Assembly (NCBI GenBank): GCA_963676565.1
Contig: OY781089.1
Coordinates: 704,001 to 768,000, forward strand
Source: Halarcobacter sp.
GTDB lineage: Bacteria; Campylobacterota; Campylobacteria; Campylobacterales; Arcobacteraceae
Direction of reading: 5' to 3'
DNA length: 64,000 nt
Program-made: the position numbers and the translations under genes
The notes under the pieces: model-generated
What the model was told of the DNA's origin: nothing
The model's input: only the letters and a program-made list of their open reading frames with translations
The model's database searches: none
Shown here: one piece after another, positions 36,714 to 46,052 of the stretch
Numbering within the stretch: position 1 is the stretch's first letter
How the letters are laid out: every line of letters starts with the position of its first letter

Positions 36714-38261
36714 ATGGCATTAATGGACGACAGAGGGTCATGTGAAACCTGTGTTACGACAAAAGAGTTGACAACTTTATATGATATTGCAGCGATGATT
36801 ACAAATCAACACGATTTGCAAACATCAATTGAAAAATCTATGAAGATTTTAAAAAACTCTTTAAATCTTACAAATTGTTCAGTACATATCTTAGAAGATG
36901 AAGAGTTAAATGTTTTCGCTTCAATTGAGATGACAACAATTCAGAAAAAATTATCTACTTATAGAGTTGGAGAAGGTGCTACTGGTATGGCAGCACAATC
37001 AAAAGAACCTATAGTGATTGAAAATATACATAGTGATTCACTATATTTAAATAAATCAGGAAAAAAAGATTTTAATAACCTTTCTTATGTTGCTGTACCT
37101 TTAGTTGTTGAAGATACAACTATTGGAGTATTAGGAGCAACAATTACAAAAACAACAGAGATTGGGTTTGAAGATTGTGTAAGAATATTAACAATTATTG
37201 CATCACTTTTTGCCCAAGCAATCTATTCTTTTCAATTAAATACAAGTGAAAAGGAAAGATTAAAAGAATTAAAACTTTATTATAAAATGGAATGGGATTC
37301 AAAGGTTCATAATTTTGGAGATATTATTGGAGATAGCCAAAAAATGAATATAGTATTCCAAGTAATTCAAAGAATTGCACAATCAGATGTGACTGTCCTT
37401 GTTCGTGGAGAAACGGGAACAGGTAAAGAGTTGGTTGCTGCTGCAATTCATAAAAGAAGTAAAAGAAAAGAAGAACCTTTTATAAAACTAAATTGTGCGG
37501 CAATTACAGATTCTTTACTTGAAAGTGAACTTTTTGGTCATGAAAAGGGAGCTTTTACTGATGCAAGGGAAACTAGAAAAGGTAGATTTGAACTTGCAGA
37601 TGGTGGGACTTTATTTTTAGATGAAATAGGTGATATTTCAGCTTCTGCCCAAGTAAAACTATTAAGGGTTTTACAGGAGCGAGAATTTGAAAGGGTTGGT
37701 GGAAGTAAGACTATTAAAGTGAATGTTAGACTTGTTGCTGCAACCAATCGAAATTTAGAGCAAATGGTAAAAGATGGAAAGTTTAGGGAAGATTTATATT
37801 ACAGATTAAATGTTATCCCTATTGATTTACCGCCACTTAGAGAAAGGGGCGATGATATTAGACAACTAGTTGAATTCTTCCTAGAAAGGGCAATTAAAAA
37901 CCATAAAAAACCTGTTAGCTTATTGCCTGAAGCAATGGATATATTATGTAAATATCCTTGGCCTGGAAATGTAAGGGAATTAGAAAATACTATTGAGAGA
38001 ATTGTTTTAATGGGTAGTGAAGATATGAACAAGATGGATATGCTTTTCTTACTTCCAGCATTAAATGATTTAAATCTAAAAAAAGAGTATAAAACTATTC
38101 CAATGGAAAATAAAACATTAGAAGAGATTGAACAAGAAGCTATTGAAACAGCATTAGAAAACAATAATTTTAATCAATCTAATGCAGCTAAAGAACTTGG
38201 AATAACACTTAGACAAATGGGCTATAAAATCAAAAAGTATGGAATCTCAAATGAAATATAA
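36714..38261 (+). CDS. nifA: Nif-specific sigma-54 activator (GAF-AAA+-HTH)
   Basis: GAF (YRVGEGATG), GETGTGKE, ESELFGHEKGAFTDA, HTH LGITLRQMGYKIKK; nif context. Confidence 0.92.
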   Translation: MALMDDRGSCETCVTTKELTTLYDIAAMITNQHDLQTSIEKSMKILKNSLNLTNCSVHILEDEELNVFASIEMTTIQKKLSTYRVGEGATGMAAQSKEPIVIENIHSDSLYLNKSGKKDFNNLSYVAVPLVVEDTTIGVLGATITKTTEIGFEDCVRILTIIASLFAQAIYSFQLNTSEKERLKELKLYYKMEWDSKVHNFGDIIGDSQKMNIVFQVIQRIAQSDVTVLVRGETGTGKELVAAAIHKRSKRKEEPFIKLNCAAITDSLLESELFGHEKGAFTDARETRKGRFELADGGTLFLDEIGDISASAQVKLLRVLQEREFERVGGSKTIKVNVRLVAATNRNLEQMVKDGKFREDLYYRLNVIPIDLPPLRERGDDIRQLVEFFLERAIKNHKKPVSLLPEAMDILCKYPWPGNVRELENTIERIVLMGSEDMNKMDMLFLLPALNDLNLKKEYKTIPMENKTLEEIEQEAIETALENNNFNQSNAAKELGITLRQMGYKIKKYGISNEI

Positions 38262-38760
38262 AAATGAAGAGTTTCAACTAACTGATGAGTTTATAGATAT
38301 TGGTTATATGGCTGAAGAGATTGAAGCAGTTGATTTAGAAGGTAATGAGATTACATTAAAAAAAGCAAGTGAAAATAGAATGATTCAAATCTTTCTATCT
38401 TTCCCTAGTTTTGAAGAGTTTAAAGAAGAAATTTTAGCTTTTGACGAATTTATGGATGAAGCACAAGTTGAAATATTTTCATATATTTTATTTAATGAAA
38501 AAATTGAACTACCAAAATTTAAAAAACTTATTCCAATATTTGATATAAACCAAGATTTTGCAGATATGTATGGAACAAAAATAATTAGTGGAAGTTTAGA
38601 AAATAAACTTACAAAAGCATTGTTTCTAATAGGTAAAGATGGAGCAATTTATCATATAGATATGCCAGAAAATTTAGAAACTCCTTTTGATATGGATAGA
38701 ATCAGGATTGAGTTAAATAAAGTATATCAATCTTATACAGGTGTAGGATGTCACGGTTAG
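38251..38760 (+). CDS. Third Tpx/redoxin-like protein lacking the peroxidatic Cys
   Basis: MKYKNEE...IQIFLSFPS...FADMYG...LTKALFLIGKDGAIYH; ends GVGCHG. Confidence 0.6.
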   Translation: MKYKNEEFQLTDEFIDIGYMAEEIEAVDLEGNEITLKKASENRMIQIFLSFPSFEEFKEEILAFDEFMDEAQVEIFSYILFNEKIELPKFKKLIPIFDINQDFADMYGTKIISGSLENKLTKALFLIGKDGAIYHIDMPENLETPFDMDRIRIELNKVYQSYTGVGCHG

Positions 38761-38777
38761 TGATTTAATCCCAACAC

Positions 38778-39713
38778 TTATGCTATTGCCTGCTCTTTTA
38801 GATATTGAGCGTGGGCTTTAGGAGACATACCAAACATCCTTGAGTATTCTCTACTAAACTGAGATGGACTTTCATACCCAACTTCAAAGGCTACTTGCGA
38901 AGCTTCAATATTCTGATTTAAAAGCATCAATTTTGCTTCCTCTAATCTAATCTTTTTTTGAAATTGAATAGGGGTCATAGAGGTTATAGTTTTAAAATTA
39001 TCGTATAAAGATGATTCACTCATATCTATTAATTTTGCTAGCTCTTTCACATTTAGTTTTTCATTAAAATTTTCTTTTATTTTTGAAACAACTTTTACTA
39101 TTTTATTTGATATCGTTCCTTCCATTGCAAACTTATTTAAGAAATATCCACTTTCATCTTTTATCAAGATATAAAGTATCTCTTTTAAAATCAATGGAGA
39201 AAGGAAGTTAATCTCTTCTTCTGATTTATTAAGTAGTTTTACAAGTCTTACAATAGGCTCATAAATTCTTTCATTTAAATCATCAACAAATAAACCCTTT
39301 TCTATCTTTTTTGAAACATCAAATTTACTAGTATCTAATCTTTTTAGTACGTCATAAACCTCTTCAAGGGAAAATCTAATTCTTAGGGAAACATAGGGAA
39401 TCTCTTCTTTTGTACCTTTTATTCTAATTTTAGCAAAAAGGTTGGATGCTGATAAAAGATATTTTTGAGTATCATACCCTAAGGTCTCACTTCCAAAATC
39501 TATTGTTTTACTTCCTTGTAGAATAATACATAATGAAGGTTCATAGGCAATTGTATTAAACTCTGTTTCCCCTTGTGCAAAATAAAAATCTAATGCAGAA
39601 ATCTGACTTTGTAAGATACCTTCTAAATCTAAGGTATACTTGTTTTTAATGACATTTAAAAGTTCTTTTCTACTTTTTTCAATAAATTCTTTCATCTTTA
39701 TCCTTCTAACCAT
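38778..39713 (-). CDS. AraC-family transcriptional regulator (AraC_N + HTH)
   Basis: YEPSLCIILQGSK, TPIQFQKKIRL, VGYESPSQFSREYSRMFG. Confidence 0.92.
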   Translation of the reverse strand: MVRRIKMKEFIEKSRKELLNVIKNKYTLDLEGILQSQISALDFYFAQGETEFNTIAYEPSLCIILQGSKTIDFGSETLGYDTQKYLLSASNLFAKIRIKGTKEEIPYVSLRIRFSLEEVYDVLKRLDTSKFDVSKKIEKGLFVDDLNERIYEPIVRLVKLLNKSEEEINFLSPLILKEILYILIKDESGYFLNKFAMEGTISNKIVKVVSKIKENFNEKLNVKELAKLIDMSESSLYDNFKTITSMTPIQFQKKIRLEEAKLMLLNQNIEASQVAFEVGYESPSQFSREYSRMFGMSPKAHAQYLKEQAIA

Positions 39714-41686
39714 GAACTTAAAGCTCTTGGTTTTCCAAGGTAATACCCTTGACCATAGGTTACACCAATTTTTCTTAACTCTTCGACATCCTCTTTTGTT
39801 TCCACATACTCTGCAACTGTTTCTTGATTTTTTAAACTAGCTATCTCTTGAATATATTTTATAACTGCTTTATCAGTTGGATCATTATGCATATCTTTTA
39901 CAAAACTCCCATCAATTTTAACAACATCAAAGGGCATACTTTTTAGATATTCAAAGGAAGCCATACCTGTACCAAAGTCATCTAATGCAAGTCCTATTTT
40001 TTTTGATTTTAAATATGAAATAAATTCATTTGCCATATTAAAACTTCCTATTGCAGAACTCTCTGTAATTTCTAATTCTAATTTTTCCCATGGAAAATCA
40101 AAATATTCAATTGCCTCTTTTACTTTTGCTTGGAAGTCTGGATTATTTAAACTTGAACCTGCTAAATTTATATGAGCACTATGTAATTTATTTATATGGT
40201 TTTTATCTTTAGTAACTGTTTCTAAATATGTCCAAAGTACAAAAGAATCAATGGCACTCATAAGTTGATATCTTTCAGCAGTACCTAAAAACTGGTCAGG
40301 AGATATGAAATTGTTATCTTTATCCCACATCCGAATAAGTATTTCATATCCTATATTATCACTTTCATATTGTAAAGGAACAATATCTTGTGCAAAAAGT
40401 TCAAATCGTGCTGGGCCATTACCCAAGGCTTCTTTTATTTTTTTTGCTGTGTCAATCTCTATTGAAACTTGTTTTGTTTTTTCATCACTCTTGTCATAGA
40501 TATGAGATTTATTTCGCCCTTTTTGTTTTGCAGTATAAAGGGAAACTGTAATCGCTTTTAATAATTCATTTAATGTAAATTCAAAAGCTTTAAAATGAAC
40601 TAAGGCAATACTTGCACTTACACTATAGGTTTCATTGTTATGGGAAAATCTAAAATCACTTAATGCTTCAAGACTTTTTTGTAAAAATTGTTCCCCAAAT
40701 TCCTTTGAAGTATTTTTAATTAAAACAGAAAAGCTATCCCCATCGATTCTTCCAAAAAGTGCATCTTTAGGGAGTATTTGTTTATAGTGATTTACAAGCA
40801 TCTTAAGTAAATTATCCCCCGCTTCATTCCCAACTGAATCATTTACAAGTTTAAATTGGTCTAAATCTATTAAATATGCATTATTTCCTTTTGTGTTGTT
40901 TTCTTCTTTTAGAGTCTCTTGCAAGGCTTTATCCATATAAAATCTATTATAAATACCTGTTAATTGGTCATGGTTTGCTTGAAATTGTAGTTTTTTAGAA
41001 GCACTTGAGATTTGCTCCATTTGATTATTAAAACCTTGAAATATATCTTTTATCTCATTACTTGCATTTGTTTTTATATATTTAATATCATTTTTAGTTG
41101 GATCACTCTTTTTCATCGCCTCTAAAAGGTTTAAAAAAGGTTTAGTATAGGTTTTACTAAAAAACATAGCTAAAAAACTTCCAAAGATTAATGCAAAGGG
41201 GAATATTGCCAGAATAGTATTTGTTATTTGTTCTTGTCTCATTTTAAAGCTTGTTAAATCAACATCTAAAATGGTGTAACCAAAATTGTAATTATCAATT
41301 ACTAAATTGTTTTTTATATATAATGATTCTTTGGTAAAAAAAGTGTTTGAAGTTTTTAAATACTTATTGGCAATATCTTTTTCTATATTTCCGTATTTGT
41401 AAATTGCATTATTTGATTCATTAAATACCATCATAGATTTTATATTTTTAAAGGCTTTTAGTCTAAAACTAATATCTGAAAGTAAATCAGCACTAGGGTT
41501 TAAAATATATTTCACAAAGTCATTATTTAAAGATTTTGTAATCGCTTTTGATTCAATAATTGCATTTTTGTTGTTCTCTTCTTTTTGTATTTTTAAAACA
41601 AAAAACATTGTCGCAGCTTCAACGGCAACAACAACAAGTGAGATAATTATAATTAGTTGAATCTTTATACTAAACTTATTCCACAT
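39698..41686 (-). CDS. Membrane GGDEF-EAL protein, probable c-di-GMP phosphodiesterase
   Basis: Two TMs, HAMP-like linker, degenerate DGDSF, EILIR and DDFGTG. Confidence 0.88.
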   Translation of the reverse strand: MWNKFSIKIQLIIIISLVVVAVEAATMFFVLKIQKEENNKNAIIESKAITKSLNNDFVKYILNPSADLLSDISFRLKAFKNIKSMMVFNESNNAIYKYGNIEKDIANKYLKTSNTFFTKESLYIKNNLVIDNYNFGYTILDVDLTSFKMRQEQITNTILAIFPFALIFGSFLAMFFSKTYTKPFLNLLEAMKKSDPTKNDIKYIKTNASNEIKDIFQGFNNQMEQISSASKKLQFQANHDQLTGIYNRFYMDKALQETLKEENNTKGNNAYLIDLDQFKLVNDSVGNEAGDNLLKMLVNHYKQILPKDALFGRIDGDSFSVLIKNTSKEFGEQFLQKSLEALSDFRFSHNNETYSVSASIALVHFKAFEFTLNELLKAITVSLYTAKQKGRNKSHIYDKSDEKTKQVSIEIDTAKKIKEALGNGPARFELFAQDIVPLQYESDNIGYEILIRMWDKDNNFISPDQFLGTAERYQLMSAIDSFVLWTYLETVTKDKNHINKLHSAHINLAGSSLNNPDFQAKVKEAIEYFDFPWEKLELEITESSAIGSFNMANEFISYLKSKKIGLALDDFGTGMASFEYLKSMPFDVVKIDGSFVKDMHNDPTDKAVIKYIQEIASLKNQETVAEYVETKEDVEELRKIGVTYGQGYYLGKPRALSSWLEG

Positions 41687-41691
41687 TATTT

Positions 41692-42558
41692 TTAGTTTCC
41701 TGATAAATTCACTACAGGAAGAGCAAAATCATTTCCCCATTCTTTCCATGAAGCATCATAATTTGCTACATCAAAGCCTAATTCTCTTAGGGCAAAATAG
41801 TTTGTTGATGCAATTCGTCCAATTTTACAATATATAACTATTTTTTTGTTTTTATCTAAGTTTTTATAAACCTCTTTTAGTTCATTTATGTTTTTTAACT
41901 TGGAGGTTTCACCATTACTATTTATATTGTGTCCTGCTGGTATATTTATAGCTTTTGGAATATGTCCAAACCTTTTTGCAATAGACTCTTTTCCAATATA
42001 AGCTTCTTTAGGTCTTGCATCAATTATGATTTGAGAATCATTTCTCGTGGCAATTTGTGTTGAAAATTTTGTAGCTAGTCTTTTATTGTTTATTGAAACT
42101 ATGTAATCACTTTTTTTTATTTTTGTTGGTTTTGTTGATATTTCAAAACCATTTTTCTTAAATTCACTAAACCCTGCATTTATAAGTTTTACATTTTTAA
42201 AACCATAAACTTCTAATGTCCAAAATACTCTAGAGGCATCGAAAAATATTCCATCATCGTAAATTAAAATAGAATCACTGACATTAATACCTAAATCTTG
42301 GATGATTTTTTGCATTTTTGTTGGAGTTGTTATTTTCCCATTTCTTGACATGTTTTCATAGGTGATACTTGCAGGTAGATTTACAGAATTTTTTAGATGA
42401 CCCTTTAAAAATAAATCACTACTTCTAGCGTCAATCACTTTTGAAGAGGAAATAATTTTTGATAAATCTTGCAAATCAATACTTAATTTAGTGGCAAATA
42501 AGTTTGAATATACAAATAGTAGTGCTATTGAAACTAGAAATAACCTTAACATAAACAT
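41692..42558 (-). CDS. Exported tandem-domain rhodanese/sulfurtransferase
   Basis: Signal peptide, IDAR, GHIPKA, YCKIGRIA, YDASWKEW. Confidence 0.9.
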   Translation of the reverse strand: MFMLRLFLVSIALLFVYSNLFATKLSIDLQDLSKIISSSKVIDARSSDLFLKGHLKNSVNLPASITYENMSRNGKITTPTKMQKIIQDLGINVSDSILIYDDGIFFDASRVFWTLEVYGFKNVKLINAGFSEFKKNGFEISTKPTKIKKSDYIVSINNKRLATKFSTQIATRNDSQIIIDARPKEAYIGKESIAKRFGHIPKAINIPAGHNINSNGETSKLKNINELKEVYKNLDKNKKIVIYCKIGRIASTNYFALRELGFDVANYDASWKEWGNDFALPVVNLSGN

Positions 42559-42616
42559 TCCTTTTAAGTAAAAATAGATTATAGCATAGAACTAAATAAT
42601 TTTATAATAGTTTTAT

Positions 42617-42632
42617 TGGAACACTTTTTGCA
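42617..42632 (+). promoter_or_regulatory. sigma-54 promoter of the SIR2-like/clpX operon
   Basis: TGGAACACTTTTTGCA. Confidence 0.9.
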
Positions 42633-42665
42633 TGTAAGTCTATAAATATTACTATAGGATATTAA

Positions 42666-43490
42666 ATGGAAAATATAGTAGAGAAATTAAAAGATGGATC
42701 ATTGGTTCCTTTTTTAGGAATGGGCGTCTTTGAAAATACAGTTGCAAAAGATGGTAGTCAAATGCCATTTGATAGTGATTCTATGATTTTAGCTTTAAAT
42801 AATGGAAGGGCAATGAGCCCAAGACTTATGTATGAATATAGCCGTGCTGCTATGAGTTTAGAACAAAGAAAAGGAAGAGAATTTATTGTTCAAATGACAA
42901 ATCATATCTACTCTTCTAAGGAGTATGATTTACCTCCTTCTTATAAATGGCTTTCACAAATAAAACCTAAATATGTAATTGATACAAATATGGATGATTC
43001 TTTACACAAAGTTTATGCTGATACTGAACATTTTTTAATAACTGGAGTTTCAAGAATTACAGCCGATTACGATAGATTTATAATATATAAATACGACTTA
43101 GAAAAAAAAGAATATATACAAATTGAAAAAGAGGCTTTAACTTTAGATTTGCCTATTTTATTTAAACCTATGGGGTCAACAAAGCCTCAAATGAACTTTA
43201 TTGTTTCTGATGCAGATTTTGTTGATTGGCTAACTGAAGCAATGGGTGGTTATGCTTTACCTCCTCAACTTAAAGAGTTTAGAGCAAATAAAGAATATCT
43301 TTTTATGGGAGTTGATTTCTCTAGAGATACTTTTAGAATGGTAGCAAATGAAATAACAATAGGACTAAAAGGTGGAATCACACTTTTAAATAAAGAAGAA
43401 CTAACAAAAAAAGAGGATAAATTTATTAAAACTCATAATTTAGAAAATCTAAAATTGAGTCTTAATGAATTTATAGAAAATTATGCCTAA
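42666..43490 (+). CDS. SIR2-like (SIR2_2) domain protein
   Basis: VPFLGMG, IDTNMD, FKPMG and LFMGVDF align with the SIR2_2 motifs GAG, TTNYD, KLHG and LFLGYS. Confidence 0.75.
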   Translation: MENIVEKLKDGSLVPFLGMGVFENTVAKDGSQMPFDSDSMILALNNGRAMSPRLMYEYSRAAMSLEQRKGREFIVQMTNHIYSSKEYDLPPSYKWLSQIKPKYVIDTNMDDSLHKVYADTEHFLITGVSRITADYDRFIIYKYDLEKKEYIQIEKEALTLDLPILFKPMGSTKPQMNFIVSDADFVDWLTEAMGGYALPPQLKEFRANKEYLFMGVDFSRDTFRMVANEITIGLKGGITLLNKEELTKKEDKFIKTHNLENLKLSLNEFIENYA

Positions 43491-44730
43491 TACTACAAAT
43501 TCATGTGACTTCTGTGGAAAAGAGATTAAAGAAGTAAAGAAAATATTTAGTAGTGAAACCTCACATATTTGTGATGAGTGTATCACCATGTGCTCAACTG
43601 TTTTAGATAAAGAGATGATGCAAAGTGCAAAAAAAGAGTTTCAAAAAGGACTCAGTGTTCCTATGAAAATCAAAGAGCATTTAGATGATTATGTAATTGG
43701 TCAAAATGAAGCAAAAAAAGTTCTTGCAGTTGCACTATATAACCACTACAAAAGAATCGATAAACCTATTATCAAAAATGTAGAGATTGAAAAATCAAAC
43801 ATTATGCTTGTTGGACCAACAGGTTCTGGTAAGACATTACTTGCCAAATCACTAGCTAGGATTATGGATGTACCCTTTGCCGTTGCCGATGCGACAGCTT
43901 TGACAGAAGCTGGATATGTTGGTGAAGATGTAGAATCTATTTTATCAAGATTATTAGCTGCCGCTGATTTTGATCTTGAAAAAGCAAAAAGAGGTATTGT
44001 TTATATAGATGAAATTGATAAGATTGCCAATAAAAGTGAAAGTGCCACAAGTGGTAGAGATGTTTCAGGTGAGGGTGTTCAGCAAGGACTTCTAAAAATA
44101 CTTGAAGGTGCAGAGGTTTATGTTCCTGTAAAAGGGAGTAGAAAAAATTCAACTGCTGAAACAGTTCTTTTTGATACTACCCATGTATTGTTTATTTGTG
44201 GTGGTGCTTTTGTTGGATTAAGAAAAGACAAGACAAAAGAAAAATCTTCTGTAATGGGTTTTGTTAATGGAAAAGAAAAAGAGGAAGAGAAAAAAGAGAT
44301 TGAGCCAAAAGAGCTTATTAACTTTGGACTTATTCCAGAATTTATGGGAAGAATCCCAGTTATTGCAGAACTTGATAAACTTACCCATGAAGATATGATT
44401 AGAATTTTAAAAGAGCCTAAAAATGCTATTACAAAACAGTATGAGATTTTGTTTGAGCTTGATGGGGTTGATTTAAAATTTACAGATGAAGCTTTAGAAG
44501 ATATTGCACAAATAGCAATTGAAAAAGATGTAGGAGCTAGAGGTCTTAGAGGTATTATTGAAAAATATATGTTACCTTTACAATATACAATACCATCAGA
44601 AGAAAATCTTGCATCATGTGTTATTACAAAAGAGTATATCAAAGGTGAAGAGGAAGTGAATTTAGAGTATAAAAAACCATCGAATAAAGAACCTTCAAAA
44701 GAAGTACAATATAGTGATATTAAAAAATAA
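43483..44730 (+). CDS. clpX: Clp protease ATPase ClpX (nif-associated copy)
   Basis: C4 zinc finger, GPTGSGKT, DATALTEAGYVGEDVE, RDVSGEGVQQ, MGF loop, GARGLR. Confidence 0.95.
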   Translation: MPNTTNSCDFCGKEIKEVKKIFSSETSHICDECITMCSTVLDKEMMQSAKKEFQKGLSVPMKIKEHLDDYVIGQNEAKKVLAVALYNHYKRIDKPIIKNVEIEKSNIMLVGPTGSGKTLLAKSLARIMDVPFAVADATALTEAGYVGEDVESILSRLLAAADFDLEKAKRGIVYIDEIDKIANKSESATSGRDVSGEGVQQGLLKILEGAEVYVPVKGSRKNSTAETVLFDTTHVLFICGGAFVGLRKDKTKEKSSVMGFVNGKEKEEEKKEIEPKELINFGLIPEFMGRIPVIAELDKLTHEDMIRILKEPKNAITKQYEILFELDGVDLKFTDEALEDIAQIAIEKDVGARGLRGIIEKYMLPLQYTIPSEENLASCVITKEYIKGEEEVNLEYKKPSNKEPSKEVQYSDIKK

Positions 44731-45178
44731 TCTAGAAATTTCAAAGGGGGATATTTTAGATATCCCTCAACTCATTCCTTTATTAAAAGAACTTTTTACA
44801 ATAGAAAAAGACTTTACTTTTGATAAGTCTAAACATGAAGAGGGATTAAAGCTTTTAATTTCAAACAAAAACTCAACAATTGTAGTGGCAAGATTTGAAA
44901 ATGAAGTTATTGCAATGGTTACCATTCAAACTATTATTTCAACTGCCACAGGTTCTAAGACGGGACTAATTGAAGACTTTATTGTAAAAGATGATTTCAG
45001 AGATTTAGGAGTTGGTACACATCTTTTTAATTATTTAAAAGAGTATGCTAAAAAACATCATATGAAAAGACTTCAACTTGTTTGTGATGAAGATAATGAG
45101 GTAGCAAAAGAGTTTTATACAAATAAATCATTTAAAAAAAGTAATCTTGCAGCTTGGTATAATCATCTAGTGGAATAA
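44714..45178 (+). CDS. GNAT N-acetyltransferase
   Basis: IEDFIV...FRDLGVGT, N..AKEFY. Confidence 0.88.
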   Translation: MILKNNLEISKGDILDIPQLIPLLKELFTIEKDFTFDKSKHEEGLKLLISNKNSTIVVARFENEVIAMVTIQTIISTATGSKTGLIEDFIVKDDFRDLGVGTHLFNYLKEYAKKHHMKRLQLVCDEDNEVAKEFYTNKSFKKSNLAAWYNHLVE

Positions 45179-45186
45179 AAATTGCA
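45171..45186 (+). promoter_or_regulatory. sigma-54 promoter of the ferredoxin gene
   Basis: TGGAATAAAAATTGCA overlapping the GNAT stop. Confidence 0.65.
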
Positions 45187-45222
45187 TCTATCTTTTTATA
45201 TTTTTATAGCGAAGGATAGAAA

Positions 45223-45609
45223 ATGGCAGTTAGAATTACTGAAGAATGTATTGCATGTGAGGCTTGCGCTCCTGAGTGTCCAGTAGCAGCAATATTAGAA
45301 GAGGGACATGAAAAGAATCCTTATGATGATTATTTTTATGTAAAACCAGAGTCATGTGTTGAGTGTGTAGATCATGCAGATGCTCCAAGATGTGCTGAAG
45401 CATGTCCAACAGAAGGTGCTATTGTATGGGATATGCCATATACAGCAGAGTTCAATGAATATTATTCTTCAAGAAATGAAGATGGTATTTATAAAATTAG
45501 AGAACACAAGAAAAAAGGTTTAATGCTTCCAGAAGTTAAAGAGCAAAAATTTATTGCTGATATCGCGATGAGCGAAAGAGAAGCAGAAGCTAACGTTCAA
45601 GAGTTTTAA
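45223..45609 (+). CDS. 2[4Fe-4S] ferredoxin (FdxN-like) with C-terminal extension
   Basis: CIACEACAPECP and CVECVDHADAPRCAEACP. Confidence 0.92.
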   Translation: MAVRITEECIACEACAPECPVAAILEEGHEKNPYDDYFYVKPESCVECVDHADAPRCAEACPTEGAIVWDMPYTAEFNEYYSSRNEDGIYKIREHKKKGLMLPEVKEQKFIADIAMSEREAEANVQEF

Positions 45610-45613
45610 TGTT

Positions 45614-45639
45614 TTTGTAAGAGCACTTGCTCTTACAAA
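45614..45639. terminator. Hairpin between convergent genes (end of nif region)
   Basis: TTTGTAAGAGCA-ct-TGCTCTTACAAA. Confidence 0.7.
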
Positions 45640-46052
45640 TTATAATTTACCGCAAGGGCTAAAAATAGATATCTAGAAAACTTTGCAATTGAAACTAACA
45701 CTAAAAAATACTTCCAATTATATTTTAAAACTCCAGCTACAAAGGTTATAGGATCTCCAACTATTGGTAACCATGAAAACAAAAGTGTAATGGCTCCATA
45801 TTTTTTGAAATATTTATTATATCTTTCAATTTTTTCTTTTTTTAAGTAGCCTTTTTTCTCTAAATACTCTTCACCTTTTAATCCTAAAATATAATTGATT
45901 AATGAGCCAAGAATATTCCCCAAACTTGCAAATAATAGTAAAAGATAAATATTGTAACCTTGGGTTATATCATATATTAGTAAGGCTTCACTTCCCATGG
46001 GAAATAGTGTTGCTGAGATTAGGGCTACAAAAAATAAACTAAGGTAAATCAA
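45633..46052 (-). CDS. YqaA/DedA-family membrane protein
   Basis: SATLFPMGSE, LFSWLPIVGDP, KFSRY. Confidence 0.88.
   Translation of the reverse strand: MIYLSLFFVALISATLFPMGSEALLIYDITQGYNIYLLLLFASLGNILGSLINYILGLKGEEYLEKKGYLKKEKIERYNKYFKKYGAITLLFSWLPIVGDPITFVAGVLKYNWKYFLVLVSIAKFSRYLFLALAVNYNL

Noticed and set aside
42666..43490. SIR2 anti-phage system (Thoeris/DSR/Sir2-HerA)
   Set aside because: Catalytic His appears replaced, a sigma-54 nif-type promoter is present and no defence partner is adjacent
44118..44744. 208 aa antisense ORF and the other short antisense ORFs in the track
   Set aside because: Shadow frames of well-supported genes with Ser/Phe/Ile-rich composition and no RBS
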